Below are positions 1-13,695 of a DNA stretch of 64,000 nt, one piece after another (position 1 is the first letter of the stretch; the number at the start of each line of letters is the position of its first letter). Source of the stretch: Squalus acanthias (taxonomy: Eukaryota); the NCBI GenBank assembly GCA_030390025.1, contig CM059432.1:112222001-112286000 (forward strand). Direction: 5' to 3'. The notes under the pieces were generated by a model that worked only from the letters and a program-made list of their open reading frames with translations, did not search any database and was not told the DNA's origin. A program made the translations under genes and the position numbers.

Positions 1-1623
1 GTTGCCATCCTTTCCGTGGTGATGCGTTCATGCGCCAATGCCTCCACAAAGGCTCTGCTCATGTTCGCGATGGACTCCCCCATTCGCTCCACACTCGCAG
101 CGACCCTGGAGACAAAACCTGCCAGAGACTCCTGCACCTGTTCCTGGAGTTCCAGCACCGCTCTCCTTCTGGATGGACCCGGAGGCACAGGGTCGACATG
201 CAGCTGAGCCGAGCTGGCAGATTCCTGCGCCCTCCGACGAGGACTCTCCACTGCTGATCCTGTCTCCACCACCTGCTGATGCTCACTTGTGAGCTGTGAT
301 ACACCAGGTGACAACACTACTCTATCTCGCGAAGGTCCCACCGAGGTGTGAATGTCTGCGCTGGTGCTGGGTGCGCTGAATTCTGCTGATGCTGCGCCCT
401 CAGAGGTTGCAGCTTCCTCTGAGGAGTCTTCAGGTTCAGGCTCTTCCTCCTGGACAGGAGGGACGGGGGCTCTCAATGGTCCTGTGGGGGAGTAAAGAAA
501 AGAGTTAGAGATGTGAGATAAAGGTTGCATGCACATTGAATTGTGCAGATGATCATAACTCAATCTGTTAGAGCATCAGAATCATTATCAGTCACTCATG
601 CAATGTCAATGAGAAAGATGCAAAGCTATTCTGTCACCAGCTTGCTGTGATGCGCCCGTCTGTCCGTCCCCCACTTGCGCATCATCCTCCACTACCACGA
701 TCTCCAGGGCCGCCTCCTCTGCATTGGTGAGCTGGGCTATTGAGGGTGGCCCTCCTCCTGTCCTCGCTCTTTCCTCTTATTGTGGGCCCTCTTTTCCTGC
801 AATGAGGTACACAAGTGGAGTTTGAGTGAGAATGAAAAAGTGAGTGTAGAGAATACATAACATAGATGCTTAGAGGGAGACAAAGATGCCAAGACCAAGG
901 GCCCTCCCTGTGTGTTGTAAGTTGTTGGCATTGCATCACAGTGATAGGGAGTGTGAGGGCTGCATAGTCGAATAGTTCAGTGAATGTGAACATAGAGAGA
1001 GAGGGAATGGGTAAGGGTGCAGGTATGTAAGGGTGAAGTGGGATGTGCAGGAGGAGCTTGACAAAGCAGAGTGCTGATGATGAGAGGCAATGGGGATCAG
1101 ATTGAGGGTGATGGGAATGTAACACTCACTTTTCCTGTGCGGAGAAGGTCATGAAACCTCTTTCGGCATTACAGCCAGGTTCTGCTGCACATTGACCTCC
1201 TGTGCCATTTGCAGCCACACAGCTTTAGTCTGCTGGGGAGGCTTTTTCCTGTCTGAGGAAGGAAAGAGTACCTCCCTGTTTGCTCTTGCTCCCTCCACCA
1301 GAGCTTGGAGGGAGGCCTCATCAAATCTAGGTGCACACTTTGGTCTAGAGCTGGACATACTTGCAGAAGGAATCACTCAGAACAATGGTCACAAAGTTGA
1401 AAGGCTGAAAAAGAAGCAAGGCTGCTTGCAGGCCTTAAATCCAGCAGCATTGATGATGTCATCGGAGGCGAGTTTCTGTATGAAAAGGCTCATTGGGCCA
1501 GGGGTTCCCACACGCTGGAAATCAATTGCCCAATTCGGGCAAAATCGCACTTTTGTCCCACTTTACATCGGAGTCGGGATCCTGACACGCCCCTAGCCCG
1601 CCCCCAATGACAAAATCCAGCCC
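1..1623 (-). mobile_element. PIF/Harbinger transposon, end carrying the spliced Myb/SANT-like gene (truncated by window start)
   Basis: Ends in TIR CAAAATCCAGCCC at 1611-1623. Minus-strand Myb/SANT-like exon (PRFDEASLQALVEG...KAVWLQMAQEV). Exon/intron layout is collinear with copies at 44935-48228 and 61129-64000. Confidence 0.85.
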
Positions 1624-2395
1624 TGACAATCACTGTACAAAAGTGAGCCCTTGCACCAAGGCTCTCCAGTGACTCCCTCCTTAGGCTAGAACTGATGGCA
1701 GCTGCAGGTGAGGTTACAGAAGCGACCCGTCACTGGTGAGAGAGGTTCTCCCAATGAGGTGGGACTACACAAACAGTTCAAAACTTGTTACCTACAGAAA
1801 AGTCTAAATACATTAAAAATGATTTTCCCAACATTTTCTTACCTCTGAAACTCACCAGTGTACCATTGGATCCTTGTAACCACTTCTGCAGCTGTCAACA
1901 ATGAAGAAACATTACAGTAGACCCACAGCACGCCACACTTACTGTGGCGTGGTGTCCGGACGTCGGGAAGCCCGCAGTAGACCTGTCAAAATTGGAAAAA
2001 GCCTCTTAACTGCCTGTTAACAACCTGTTAACAAGCAGTTAAGTGCCTATAATCCTCTTCCCGCCGCTAGGTGTCGGGTCCATGCGCAAATCGGGGACCC
2101 GACACTAGGGAAGATTGTTTGGAGGTGGCAATCTTTGCAATTTTGTGCCTTTCTGTTTTCAGATAATCAAGAACCGCCAACAGCCCAGCCAGTCCCCGAC
2201 CAACTAGAGGAGGAGAGTTATGGAGAAGAGGCACTTTCACTTGATTGGACACTCCCAGGCACCAGGCCATAAAATGGCAGTGTGTGAACTTTAGAGTGTA
2301 GCATAGAGGCATAATCTGCATGTGGTAAGTCACCAGGCACGAGTTCTGCTGTACAGGACTCAAATGAGGGCTTCGATGGGACAGCCTTCAGAACG

Positions 2396-3150
2396 GTGAT
2401 GGGCATGCACACAGAAATGCTTGGTGCAATGGCAGGCCTGCCAGACAGCCTCTTGTCACTGTCAAGGAGCATTGAGGAGTCCGGCTCCAACATTGCATGG
2501 GGCTTTGTGCGGAGCATGGAGCCCATGATTTCCAGGATGGAAGTGATGGGCAACTCCATTAGAGCACTTGTGGACTCAACCATGATGCTGCGTGTGACGG
2601 GCAATGTTGCAGCTTCCACTGCAGCACAAGCGGAAGTGACCCAACGTCTGAGTGCTGCACTGGAAGCTCAGACTGCTATCATGCAAGCTCAGACTGCTGC
2701 CATCATGGCTGGGTTTACGAGTGTGGAAAGGGGCTTGCAGGGTGTCACAGCAGTCCAGCAATCTCTCGTCCAACAGATGGCTAGGAATGCTGAGGCGCCG
2801 CCCCGGGGAGTGGCAGTGACTCCGTGGAGCTCAAACCTGCTGTCCTCTCTCAGGATGACACCATTCGTACTTCCACCACTGCCACTCCACCACTGCCCTT
2901 GTCGCTGCCTGTCAGCCAGCCAGCCCAGACTGCTGCCATCCTTGCCGAGGTGGTGCAGTCTACAGCCGGGCCTTCTAGGCCCAGAGCTGCTCGATGTCAT
3001 CCTGCAAGGCCATCTGTAGTTCTCCCCCACTGGAAGTCAGCAGCCTTCCACCAGCCATGCTGCAGCCACTGGGGTAGCACTGCATAGGAGCACTAGAATA
3101 GGCAAAGGCACACACAAGACAGACACTAAGGGAATGCACAAGTGTGATTA
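2396..3150 (+). pseudogene. Degenerate C-terminal exon of a Harbinger accessory (Myb-type) gene, second Harbinger family
   Basis: Ala/Gln-rich coiled-coil ORF 2396-3019, convergent with the transposase remnant at 3315-6083, which is the usual two-gene Harbinger layout. Confidence 0.5.
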
Positions 3151-3794
3151 GTTGATTTTGTTACGTAGTATTGGATTGAATCATTTATAAATTATGTTTG
3201 GAATGTTTATATTGCGGTGGCTTTCATTTCAGTTTTGTGCCCAAGAGGACGCTGTGATTTCTGTGACAGAGGGTTGGTATGATGGGAAAGTGTTGAGCAA
3301 CGGAGATCTGGGGTTTCATTCTTTGGATCCAGAGTCTGATGATGTGCTCACGGACAGCGCAACTAGAATGGGGATTTGCTGCCTGCCTCCTCCCTCCTCC
3401 TGAGGTGGTCGCGGAACCCGTGGTGGCAAGGGCTGCGCATTCATAATGGCCAAGTTGTGGAGCATGCAGCAGACCACCACAAAATAGAACACCAGCTCTG
3501 GCAAGTACTGGAGGGCTCCTCCCGAGTGGTCAAGGCAGCGAAACCATTGCTTTAGCACCCGATGGTCTGCTTGATGAAGTACCTCATGGCAGCATGACTG
3601 TCATTATATGACTGCTGGCCACGAGTGGTGAGGTTCCGGACAGGAGTCAGCCAGGTGTAGTGCGGATAGCCCTTGTCGCCGAGCAGCCACCCTTGGGTTC
3701 GACGAGGTGGCTGGAAAAATGCTGGCACACCGGACTGGTGCAGGATGAAGGGATCATGACTGCTGCGAGGATAGCTGGCATTCACCATCATATT

Positions 3795-5454
3795 GGCCCG
3801 AAAATTAGACCTAATACGCGAGAGTACGCACTGTGTACTCTCGCGTTTTAGGTCTCCAATTGCCGGTTTCCTGCATGCACTGCGCATGCGCGGGAAACCG
3901 GCGCTTCGTGAATTCAAAAGGGGGCGGTTCCTAAGTTAACCGCGTGCGCGCTACAGGCTGCGCGCACGCAGTGCACTTAGTTATTTTTGCAGCTTTGAAT
4001 GCGCAGGTAAGCATGGAAGATTTTACACATAAAGAAAGGAGGCGTAAGACCCTCTTTTAACAAGGTAAGTAGTTAAGTAAGTATTATTTAAAATTTTTTT
4101 CAACAGGTTTATCTTTTTTAGAGACTTTAAAGAAAGGTAAGTTTATTTTTATAACTTTTAAAAAGATTTAAAATTTTTTCAAAAATTTAATTTTTTGTTT
4201 AAAGTGGTTAATTTATTTAACTATACTTATTTTATTAATGTGATGGCTTTTTTTTAAATTTAATTGAGGTTTAGCTGTTCTTTTGGGGGGGTGTAGGATT
4301 CATAGCTTTGACAGCCCTTGCTGTTAAAACTATGAATGAAAGATGGTGTGCTGCCATTGGCTCTAACTGAATCACGTGATCCCAGAGCTCGCACGAACTA
4401 ATTGCGTCTCTGGGTCACGCAAGCACTGCACAGCTGCATGTGGGACTGGCCTTGAAACTAAAGTTCGTGTGGGCCCGGAGGAAAAAGGTAGGCGCGGAGT
4501 GAGATATCGCGGGGAAGCCTTACCCCCGCGTGAACACTCAGGGGTAAAAATTCAGTTGGTTGCGCCTCCCGTTAGCGCCTTAAGAGGGTGCTAATGGGGC
4601 GCAAAGCCGCTAACGCCCGGGCGCAGCGATGTTTGCGCCGCTCGGGAACTTAACTTGACATTGTGCGGCGGCGCTAAAACTTACCGCTGCGACCACCTGC
4701 GCGCGCAGATTGTGACGTCATTCCATGGTGCAACGCCCTTGTGGCGCCCCGGAGCGGAAATTGAGTGGCGCCCCCTGCCTTACCGCCTGGCGCTTCCAAC
4801 GACCAGAAGACTGGAACGCTATCAATCGCTGTGGGGCTGGGGGGGGCGCTATTTAATGGGGGCCTCTTCCTGTCTTTTATTGTTGGTGGCATTTTTGAAC
4901 TACGCATTCTGAGAGAGAGAGGGAGAGACTTCTGGAGAGATTCAACGTTGTGTGAAGGAGTTTTGGGTACTGAGCAGCACTTTGCAGGTTCATTTTGATT
5001 TGCCATTCCTTGTATCGATTTAGCAGAGACTGTGGGAGCTGCACTCTGAGCTCTTTGCCTGGTACTCTCCATTGTTCTTTCCAGCACATTTGATGTGCAA
5101 GTCTCTCCAGGCCGAGATTCAAGGCTGCAATGAACAGGATGTGGATGGAAAGCAAGATTAACCATCCCCTTTAAGAACTGGCCCGTGCCATTGTGTGTGT
5201 GTTCCATTGCTGACTGACATTACATGAGCTTCGCCAGCGCTCTGAGTTAGCGCCTCACTGCTCGGCCTTTGCGCCTTAAGACAGGTGTGCAGCGCCTGCT
5301 TTAGCGCTCCACTCACCTCCCGGGGCGGTAAAAGTGAAGTTTCCAGTCAGTGCCGATAATTAGCGCCAGGCGCTAATATTTGCGTCCAGACGATATTTGC
5401 GCCCCAAATGGGGCGCGACCTAATTTCTACCCCTCACTGTTTAATTTCTGGGCC
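3795..5454. mobile_element. Non-autonomous TIR element (MITE) inserted in the transposase
   Basis: TIRs GGCCCGAAAATTA / TAATTTCTGGGCC. The 3795-4530 part is an inverted near-copy of the MITE at 32707-33446. Confidence 0.8.
4541..5433. mobile_element. MITE nested inside the previous MITE
   Basis: TIRs GGGGTAAAAATT / AATTTCTACCCC with a TCA 3-bp TSD (4538-4540, 5434-5436). Confidence 0.85.
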
Positions 5455-6380
5455 AATATGCTGGGCGTGGTCGCACACCAACTGCACTTTAAGTGAGTGG
5501 CAGCCTTTGCCGTTGCAGTACATCTCAGGATTAATATGCGGCGCCCGCAAAGCCACGTGTGTGCAATCGATGGCGCCGTGCACCATGGGGAAGCCCTATA
5601 TCCTGGCAAAGCTGCATGCACATTCCTCCTACTTCTCTCTTTTCAGAAAGAAGACAATGAAGTCCCTTCTGCTGGAGTACAGAGCCTCTGTGACCTCTCG
5701 GATGCAGTGATGGATACCGAACTGGGAGATGTTAGCTATGTCGCCTGCTCCAGTTTGGAAGGATCCGGTGATGAAAAAATTCAGGGCCATGGTCACCTTG
5801 AGGACCACTGGCAGCACTGTTGTCGCCCTGCTCTGAGGCTGCAGGTCTGGTTCCAGGAGTTGACAGAGTTCTGTGACCATCTCCTTGGTTGAAACGGAGC
5901 CTCCGAATACACTGCTCTTGGCTTAAGTGCAGGTTGGAGAAGTGCTCTCAGAAGACCCTAGGTGGGTAAAGCCTCCGGCTGAGAACCCTCCTCCCTCTGC
6001 GAGCAGCTTGTCTTCTTTGCTGCCTCTGCTCCACCTCCCTATCATGTTCTAGTGTGAGGGGGACTGCAACTAGAGCCCCCATGACTGGGAGCAAGTGGTC
6101 TGACCAGAACCCTTTAAATGAGAAGCAAGGCCTTCTCCACTTGCAGCACCACTCCCTGTCACCTCACCAACTGTAAATAACTCAAGAAAGCTCCAAACAG
6201 TTCCAAACTTACACAGAACCAGTTGAAATCAAAAGGCAAGTTACCTGAAAGTTGTTGATAATCCCTTTAAATACCGCTGGTGGGGGGTCCTTTGTGCAGC
6301 TGGCCGCATAGTCAGCTGTGCATGCTTTGGAGAGGGCGTACATTCGAGCGGTGACACCCAAAATAGCAGGTCATGCGTCA

Positions 6381-6974
6381 TATAAGAACATAAGAATTAG
6401 GAGCAGGAGTAGGCCATACGGCCCCTCGAGCCTCCTCTGCCATTCAATAAGATCATGGCTGATCCATGGCTCAACTCCACTTTCCCGCCTGATATCCATA
6501 TCCTTGATTCCCGTAGAGTTCAAAAATCTATCAATCTCAGCCTTGAATATACTCAACGACTGAGCATCCACAGCCCTTGGGGATAGAGAATTTCAAACAT
6601 TCACAACCCTCTGAGTGAAGAAATTCCTGTTCATCTCAGCCTTGAAAGGCCGACCCCTTATCCTGAGACTATGCCCCTAGTTCTAGACTCTCCAGCCAAG
6701 GAAAACAATCTCTCAGCATCTATCTTGTCAATCCCCCTCAGAATCTTATACTTCATTCAGAGGATTGTGACTCTTTGGAATTCTCTGCCCCAAAAGGCTG
6801 ATGATGCTCAGTCGTTGAGTATATTCAAGGCTGGACTCTAGTGAAATCAAGGGATATGGAGATCAGGCGGGAAAATGGAGTTGAGGTCGAAGATCAGCCA
6901 TGATCTTATTGAATGGTGGAGCAGGTTTGAGGGGCTGTATGGCCTACTCCTGCTCCTGATTTTATGTTCTTATA
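6381..6974. repeat. Two CR1 LINE 3' ends in inverted (head-to-head) arrangement
   Basis: Left TATAAGAACATAAG...GGAGCAGGAGTAGGCCAT is the near reverse complement of right ATGGCCTACTCCTGCTCC...TTATGTTCTTATA. Left part encodes the CR1 ORF2 end SLSIFKAEIDRFL. Confidence 0.8.
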
Positions 6975-8477
6975 ATATCAGAAGTGTGAAAAATTATTTG
7001 GTTTGAAATGTTGTAAGAAATATATTAATCTGTTTGTATGAAATTCTTTTGTCTGTTATTTTAATGAAAGTGTTTAACACTGTAAGGTGAATGTGCTAAC
7101 AGCAAGACAACTGTGCAAATCTGTGCATGTACAATTAGTTGAAGGTTGCATTTGCAACTAACAATGTGACCAGGACCTTCCCTAATGTTAAAGGGAAGAT
7201 TTAAACAAGCTAATGATAGAAAAGGCCATTATTGGACCATATAGGCAAGCTGAGAGACCCAATGCTGAGAGATTTGATGGAGTGGTGTTGGTAGAAACCA
7301 TTTAACTTTGTATTTCAAGCATTTTTCAACTTTGAGATAAGTTTGATCTTAAAATACGCTTTGCAGCAACATTGTGGTTTGAGTTTCCTCTTTTATGAAA
7401 ATACTTCCCATTTTCTAAAGTCTGACTTGGGTAATCTACGATCCGCTTATTATTCAGGCAGATGAACTATATCTGTGTTGCAATCAATTCACTTTGATTT
7501 TGCAGTAATGGTATAGGAATATGTAGTAAAAAAATTATAGTTGATCTGCTGTGCTAAAGGGCTGGGTGGAGGCAGTTTTAATGAAGCAAATTAAGTACTC
7601 CTGACATTTTATCGTATTTTAGGTGGTATACCTGCTGCACTCACTCTGAGGAAAAATACAATCTAGAAGAGTAAAGCACATGTGACACATAATCAACAGA
7701 TTAATTTTGTTGTTGTTGCTTTACCAAATTAAAAACTTCAATACTCTGTCCTAGAGTGGAAATAACCTTTCTGTTTTTTTAAAGTGCAGGGCCATTTCCA
7801 CAGAGAACCAGTAACAAAATTCTGGCATGGCAACATGAAAGTATATGAGAAACAGATTCAAATGCTCACATTAATATTTAATTGGTAGTGCAAAAGTGTA
7901 CTGAATAAAGTGAATGAATTTTTGATGTCCTGAAACACAATGTGGATGCCAATGCACCGAAAAGAAATAAAAACGCAATGTGCAGATTCTGAATTTTTTC
8001 CTCTTTTTATCTAATCGGGAGAACTCCTTCATGCTCTTGCTCTTTTCTTTATTGTTGTTTCTTAACAATTTTACTCTCCTGTTCTGAAGGTGTTGGCTCC
8101 TTGCTGGGGTACAGTTAAGCCAAGAGGCCATTATTCACCTGTGAACCTTGGTAGTGAGCAGGCTATAAATGGTAGGGGCCTCACATGCAAGACCAATCTT
8201 GTCCACACCCAAAGTCAACACATGCACATTTCCAGCAGGGGTTGCTGGATTATGATCAGGAACAGAATCCAGGCTGATTTTCCCCTCCCTGAAACTGTGC
8301 TGCTGAAGCCACCTGTAGCACTCAAATTTTCATCCACATCAGGAATCAAAACCTTCCTGGTTTGCTTAGCTATGTAACTTGCCTGATAAATTTTCTGTGC
8401 TATCTGGGAAGCAATGACGCTCTATTCTGGCACATCTGGCTTGTAATTGGGAGGACCATGCCCTGTAAAACAGTTTA

Positions 8478-10180
8478 AGACCATCTTCAGCCAGAAGTGC
8501 CGAGAGGATAATCCAAAGCGGCCTCCTCCTGAGGCCTCCACCATCACAGAAGCCAGTCTTAAGTCAATTCAGTTCACTCCACGTGATATCAAGACACGAC
8601 TGAGTGCACTGGATACAGCAAAGGCTATGGGCCCCGACAACATCCCAGCTGTCATGCTGAAGACTTGCGCTCCAGAACTAGCCACATCTCTAGCGAAGCT
8701 GTTCCAGTACAGGTGCACACTGGCATCTATCAGACAATGTGGAAAACTGCCCAGGTATGTCCTGTCCACAAAAAGCAGGACAAATCCAATCTGGCCAATT
8801 ATCGCTCCATCAGTCTACTCTCAATCATCAGCAAAGTGATGGAAGGTGTCGTCGACAGTGCTATCAAGTGGCACTACTCACCAATAACCTGCTCACTGAT
8901 GCTCAATTTGGGTTCCCCAAGACCACTCAGCTTTAGACCTCATTACAGCCTTGGTACAAACATGGACAAAGGAGCTGAATTCCAGAGGTGAGATGAGAGT
9001 GACTGCCCGTGACATGATGGCAGCATTTGACCGAGTGTGGCATCAGAGAGCCCTAGTAAAATTGGAGTCAATGGGAATCGGGGGGGGGGGGGAACTCTCC
9101 ACTGGCTGGAGTCATACCTAGCACAAAGGAAGATAGTTGTGGTGGTTGGAGGTCAATCATCACAGCCCCAGGACATCACTGCAGGAGTTCCTCAGGGCAG
9201 TGTACTAGGCCCAACCATCTTTAGCTGCTTCATCAATAGCCTTCCCTCCATCATAAGGCCAGAAGTGGGGATGTTCACTAATGATTGCACAGTATTCAGT
9301 TCCATTCGCAACTCCTCAAATAATGAAGCAGTCGGTGCCCGCACGCATCAAGATCTGGACAACATTCAGACTTGGGCTGATAAGTGGCAAGTAACATTCG
9401 TGCTACACAAGTGCCAGGCAATGACCATCTCGAACAAGAGAAAGTCTAACCACCACCCCTTGATATTCAATGGCATTACCATTGCCGAATCCCCAACCAG
9501 CAATATTCTGGGGCTCACCATTGACCAGAAGCTTAACTGAACCAGCCACATAAATATTGTGGCTACAAGAGCAGGTTAGAGGCTGGGTATTCTGCAGCGA
9601 GTGACTCAGCTCCTGACTCCCAAAAGCCTTTCCACCATCTACAAGGCACAAGTAAGGAGTGTGATGGAATACTCACCACTTGCCTGGATGAGTGCAGCTC
9701 CAACAATACTGAAGAAGCTCAACACCATCCAGGACAAAGCAGCCTGCTTGATTGGCACCCCATCCACTGCCTTAAACATTCACTCCCTCCACCACCGGCG
9801 TACCGTGGCTGCAGCGTGTACCATCTACAAGATGCACTGCAGCAACTCACCAAGGCATCTTCGGCAGCACCTCCCAAACCCGCACCCTCTACCACCTAGA
9901 AGGACAAGGGTAGCAGGCATGTGGGAACACCACCACCTCCAAGTTCCCCTCCAAGTCACACACCACCCTGACTTGGAAATATATCGCTGTTCCTTCATCG
10001 TCACTGGGTCAAAATCCTGGAACTCCCTGCCTAACTGCACTGTGGGAGTGCCTTCAGCACACAGACTGCAGCGGTTCAAGAAGGCGGCTCACCACTACCT
10101 TTTCAAGGGCAATTAGGGATAGGCAATAATTGCAGGCCTTGCCAGCGACGCCCACATTTTGTGAATGAATTAAAAAAAAG
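8478..10180 (+). mobile_element. 5'-truncated non-LTR retrotransposon (CR1-clade, L2/Crack-like), frameshifted RT
   Basis: [13 protein letters not shown] and NYRSISLLSIISKVME motifs. 3' end ...GAATGAATTAAAAAAA. Same family as 29698-32627. Confidence 0.85.
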
Positions 10181-10224
10181 AATGAAGATCTAGGTTTTGT
10201 TACAAGTTCCAGCTTGTTACAAGG

Positions 10225-11017
10225 GGGGTCGATGAAAGATTGTGGGCCAGGGGAGCAGCGGTGGGCGGGTCGATGAAAGATCACAGGCCGGAGGAGCGGA
10301 GCGGAGAGGGCCAATGAAAGATTGTGGGCCGGAGGAGCAGGGGTGGGGGAGGGGCCAATGAAAGATCATGGGCTGGAGGAGCGGGACGAGGAGGGTCGAT
10401 GAAAGATCACGGACCGGGAAGAAGACGGGGGAGGGGCGGGGGTCTCCATAAGATTGGGGGCTGGCCGGAGGAGCAGGCGGGGCGGGGGGGGGGGGGGGGG
10501 GTGGTGGTGGTGGTGGTCTGCAGGGATCGGGGGCTGACAGCAGCACGGGGAGTGCCGGAGGAGTGGGGGGAAGCCTTGTGGGGGATCGGAGGCTGTGTGA
10601 GGGGGAGAGGCCTGAAGGGGGGAATGAGGCCTGGGGGGATGATCGGAGGCCTCGTGGGGGAATCTCCGATTGCGAGGGGTGGGTTAGGCAGGGAGGCTGG
10701 ATCCAGGAGGTAAGTGTAAAGGCCCTTACCTCCTGGATCTAGCAGTCCTCGCCTTGTTTTAGTTGGCAGGTTTCACGAGGCCTGCAAAACCCGACCAGCT
10801 AAAGTCAAATACAAAATGGAGGTTAAAGCAGAGGCTTCCAGCCTCATTATAATATTTAAATAGGCGGCCCGGCTCCTGGCAGCAGATTCGCTGCCCGCCC
10901 CATCCCACCTCCGTTAAAACTGGAAGTGGGCGGGTTGGGGTCGGGATTCAGATTTTTAACATTTTAACTTCCCACACGACCCCAACCCACCCATTTCTTT
11001 AGGTTAAAATTCCCCCC
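10225..11017. repeat. GC-rich MITE-like remnant with internal imperfect tandem repeats
   Basis: About 5 units of (G/A)ATGAAAGAT.....GCC.GAGGAGC at 10230-10420, G-runs, and a TIR-like end AAAATTCCCCCC. Confidence 0.45.
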
Positions 11018-11210
11018 TCAATTTCACTCATAACTCTATCATAGTTCAACTGAGATACTCATAAAAGTAGTGCCCAATTTATTTTTTTGTTTGGGTTTAT
11101 TTCCCTCCTATACAGGTGTAGGTTTTTATAGGATTATTTTTTCTTTCAATGGTGTTCAGAAGCAGACCTAGTCCCTTAGGACCTGAAGGCTGTTTCACTT
11201 TGAATAATTT

Positions 11211-11864
11211 GGGCTGGATTTTGATACTGGGGCGGGTTGGGGTCGTGTTATCCACTTTTCGTGTTATCCACCCGACTGCAATTGGATGTGGGAGATTGAT
11301 GCGATTTTTACCTAATTGGGCAATTGGGTTCCAGCATGTGGGAACCCATGACCCAATTAATGTTTTCAGTCTGAAAGTCGCCTCTGATGATGTCATCATT
11401 GCTGCTGCATTTAAGGTCTGCAAAGACAGCCTGGCCTTTGCTGTGAGAGGACCTGAAGGCAAAATGAGCAGCAGCAGCCCTAAGTCTGCTCCCAGATATT
11501 TTTGCACCACCACTCCCAGATATGTCTCCCATCCACCACCACTCCCAGATATTCCTTCCTTCCTTCCAGCCAAATGTGCTCCCGCCAGGTTTCACATTCG
11601 TGGTTCAGAACAGGCATGCTTCACGTAGAAAAAGGGTTAAAATCACAAAGGCCTTTCAAAATGGCATTATAGAGCCAATTTAGTGCTTGTTAAGGGCCTT
11701 AACAGCCTACCCCGCCTCTTAGAAGCGGGACAGAGTTGGGACCAGCAGACACGATTTAATGAAAATTGCGTGGAGGCGGGCTTGTGCCCGCCCGCCAGTT
11801 TTTGCAATTTTAACCCCCCACACGCCTCCAAACCCACCTCCACAGGTCAATGAAAATCCAGCCC
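11211..11864. mobile_element. Harbinger-derived MITE
   Basis: TIRs GGGCTGGATTTT / AAAATCCAGCCC with a TTT TSD. Subterminal sequence resembles the larger Harbinger copies. Confidence 0.85.
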
Positions 11865-11972
11865 TTTGTCTTTGCACAGTAGCATGACTCAAGGTCTAAC
11901 AATTACCTTGCACTTTTTCCACTATAGTCTTCATTACTTGCAGCCATCTTCTTACTGAACTAAGAGTGGATT

Positions 11973-13683
11973 TGTAAGGGATTCCTGACCCTGCGTGTCT
12001 CGCAGCCTGTGAGATTCACGCGGCTCTGTGCAGCCTGTATGTCAGTGCGGGTCTAGGCCTTGTTGCCTGTTCTGGTCTCCAGCCAGTCTGGGAACACTAG
12101 ACACACCTGTGAGTGGTTCGAATCACTCTCCCTTACGGTTCTAGACACTGGACTTAGATGCGAGAGCAGTAATGGAGATAAAACTCATGTAGACTTGGTT
12201 TGAATGGTACGAAATGGAAAATCTTTATTGCATGATACTTAAAATTATGAAATACATGTCATAAGCACAGATTAATGACAGTACAATCTTACAAACAGTT
12301 ATATAGTCGATCTTAGGGAAACGAGGAACGAACGGCACAAAGTAAATAGGGGCACACATTACAAATATCCTTAATCCTTAAACCCTCCCCTATCAATATC
12401 TATCCTAAACTAGATTCGTAGGATCTCGAGACTCATGCTCACCACTCGTGATAACTCGGAGAAATTCCGAATAGCTGATCGGATGTTTTTCACCGCAGCA
12501 CCCACGTGTCGGTCAGGAGATCTCCTGGTCCCACTTGTTTACTTGCTTCTGCTGCTCCGGCTAGCAGGCTGGACCGTCTGCTGTGATGAAGACCTGTGTT
12601 GGTTGGCTTAACAGGTACTCTTGGAGCACAGTTGTCAATATCATCGATACGATGTGTTTTCACGTTCCAGTTACCCTGGACACAGTCCAGTTATCGTCGA
12701 TGCAATATGTTTCGTTATAAGTTCAAAAGAGAAATCTTCCTGGCGAGGAAAACTTGGCTAATCGACCTACAGGCGCGGTCGGGATTTACTGACCGTGGCG
12801 ATGGATATGGTCTTCCTCTCTTCTCATCTCATCTCATCTCATCTCATCTCGGGCCTTCGGTTCCGCTGCCAGTTACCAACATAGGTCTTCGTTACGCGAC
12901 ACGAGGTAGATCCGAACGGATCAGAAAGTTCAACAGTCTTTTCAGAAGAGGCAACAGGCAAGCAGAAGCCCAACTACGAGTACACAGGAGCAGCCACGAG
13001 GTTACGAATCGACCGGATAAAAGCACAGGAGCAAGAGAGCGAATGCAAGAGAGAGAATGGACGGTTTGGAGCCTGCAATTATAGTGCAAAATCTTCCGTT
13101 TCCCGCCCAACTATAATGTCCTTTCTTTTGTTTAGGGTTTGGCGCCCAAATGTCTTGTATGGGTGATCTCCGTTCTTAATGGGTTTCGGGGCTACTCGTA
13201 AATGTCTGAGTACCTGTTAATATTTCTCCCATTGTTAAATCGGTCGGTGTTCTCCCTGGAGGGGTTTGGGGCTTCCAAGTGTCCTGTATAACTACCTGCT
13301 AACGGCTCTCTCATCGTAGAGTCGTTGGGATTTTACATATTAATGTCTTTTGGATGGGCCCTTGATTACTCGGTACAATGGCTTTCCTTTGTACCTGGGA
13401 GACCGATTCCAGTATCTATGTTTATACTGCAAACCCATAATGTCTCGTGTATTATCTTCACTGTGCTGAATCTTAATCGATCTTGCACAAATGTTTATTG
13501 GAACGCCATCTTGTCTGCCTGTTGAAAAGTCTAGAATGTTCTGTCACGAGGTGCGGCGGCCATTTTACAGGCTGCTTGTGTCCACTTTAAACTTGCCAGC
13601 GTTCTGCTGAAATAAAAGCTGTTTGAACGAAACTCTGTGTTCTTTCCTTATTAACAAAATCGCGATATATTGCGAATTCTACA
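11973..13683 (-). repeat. 3' LTR (1711 bp)
   Basis: Direct repeat of 23151-24866. Minus strand reads TGTAGAAT...CCCTTACA. Minus-strand AATAAA at 12224-12229 and TATAATTG near 13077-13084. Confidence 0.97.
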
Positions 13684-13695
13684 GTCCCTCCTGTT
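13684..13695 (-). promoter_or_regulatory. Polypurine tract
   Basis: Minus strand AACAGGAGGGAC immediately precedes TGT of the 3' LTR. Confidence 0.7.

Larger units (their letters stand above)
3315..6083 (-). pseudogene. Harbinger (HARBI1-like) DDE transposase, disrupted and split by nested MITEs
   Basis: Fragments [41 protein letters not shown] and FRCLDHSGGALQY...CCMLHN, with frameshifts. Confidence 0.85.

Noticed and set aside
10217..10713. Pro-rich and Gly-rich ORFs
   Set aside because: Artefacts of G-runs and tandem repeats in a repeat remnant.
12596..13084. 162-aa antisense ORF within the LTR
   Set aside because: Frameshifted in the other LTR by the CTCAT unit and has no recognisable motifs.
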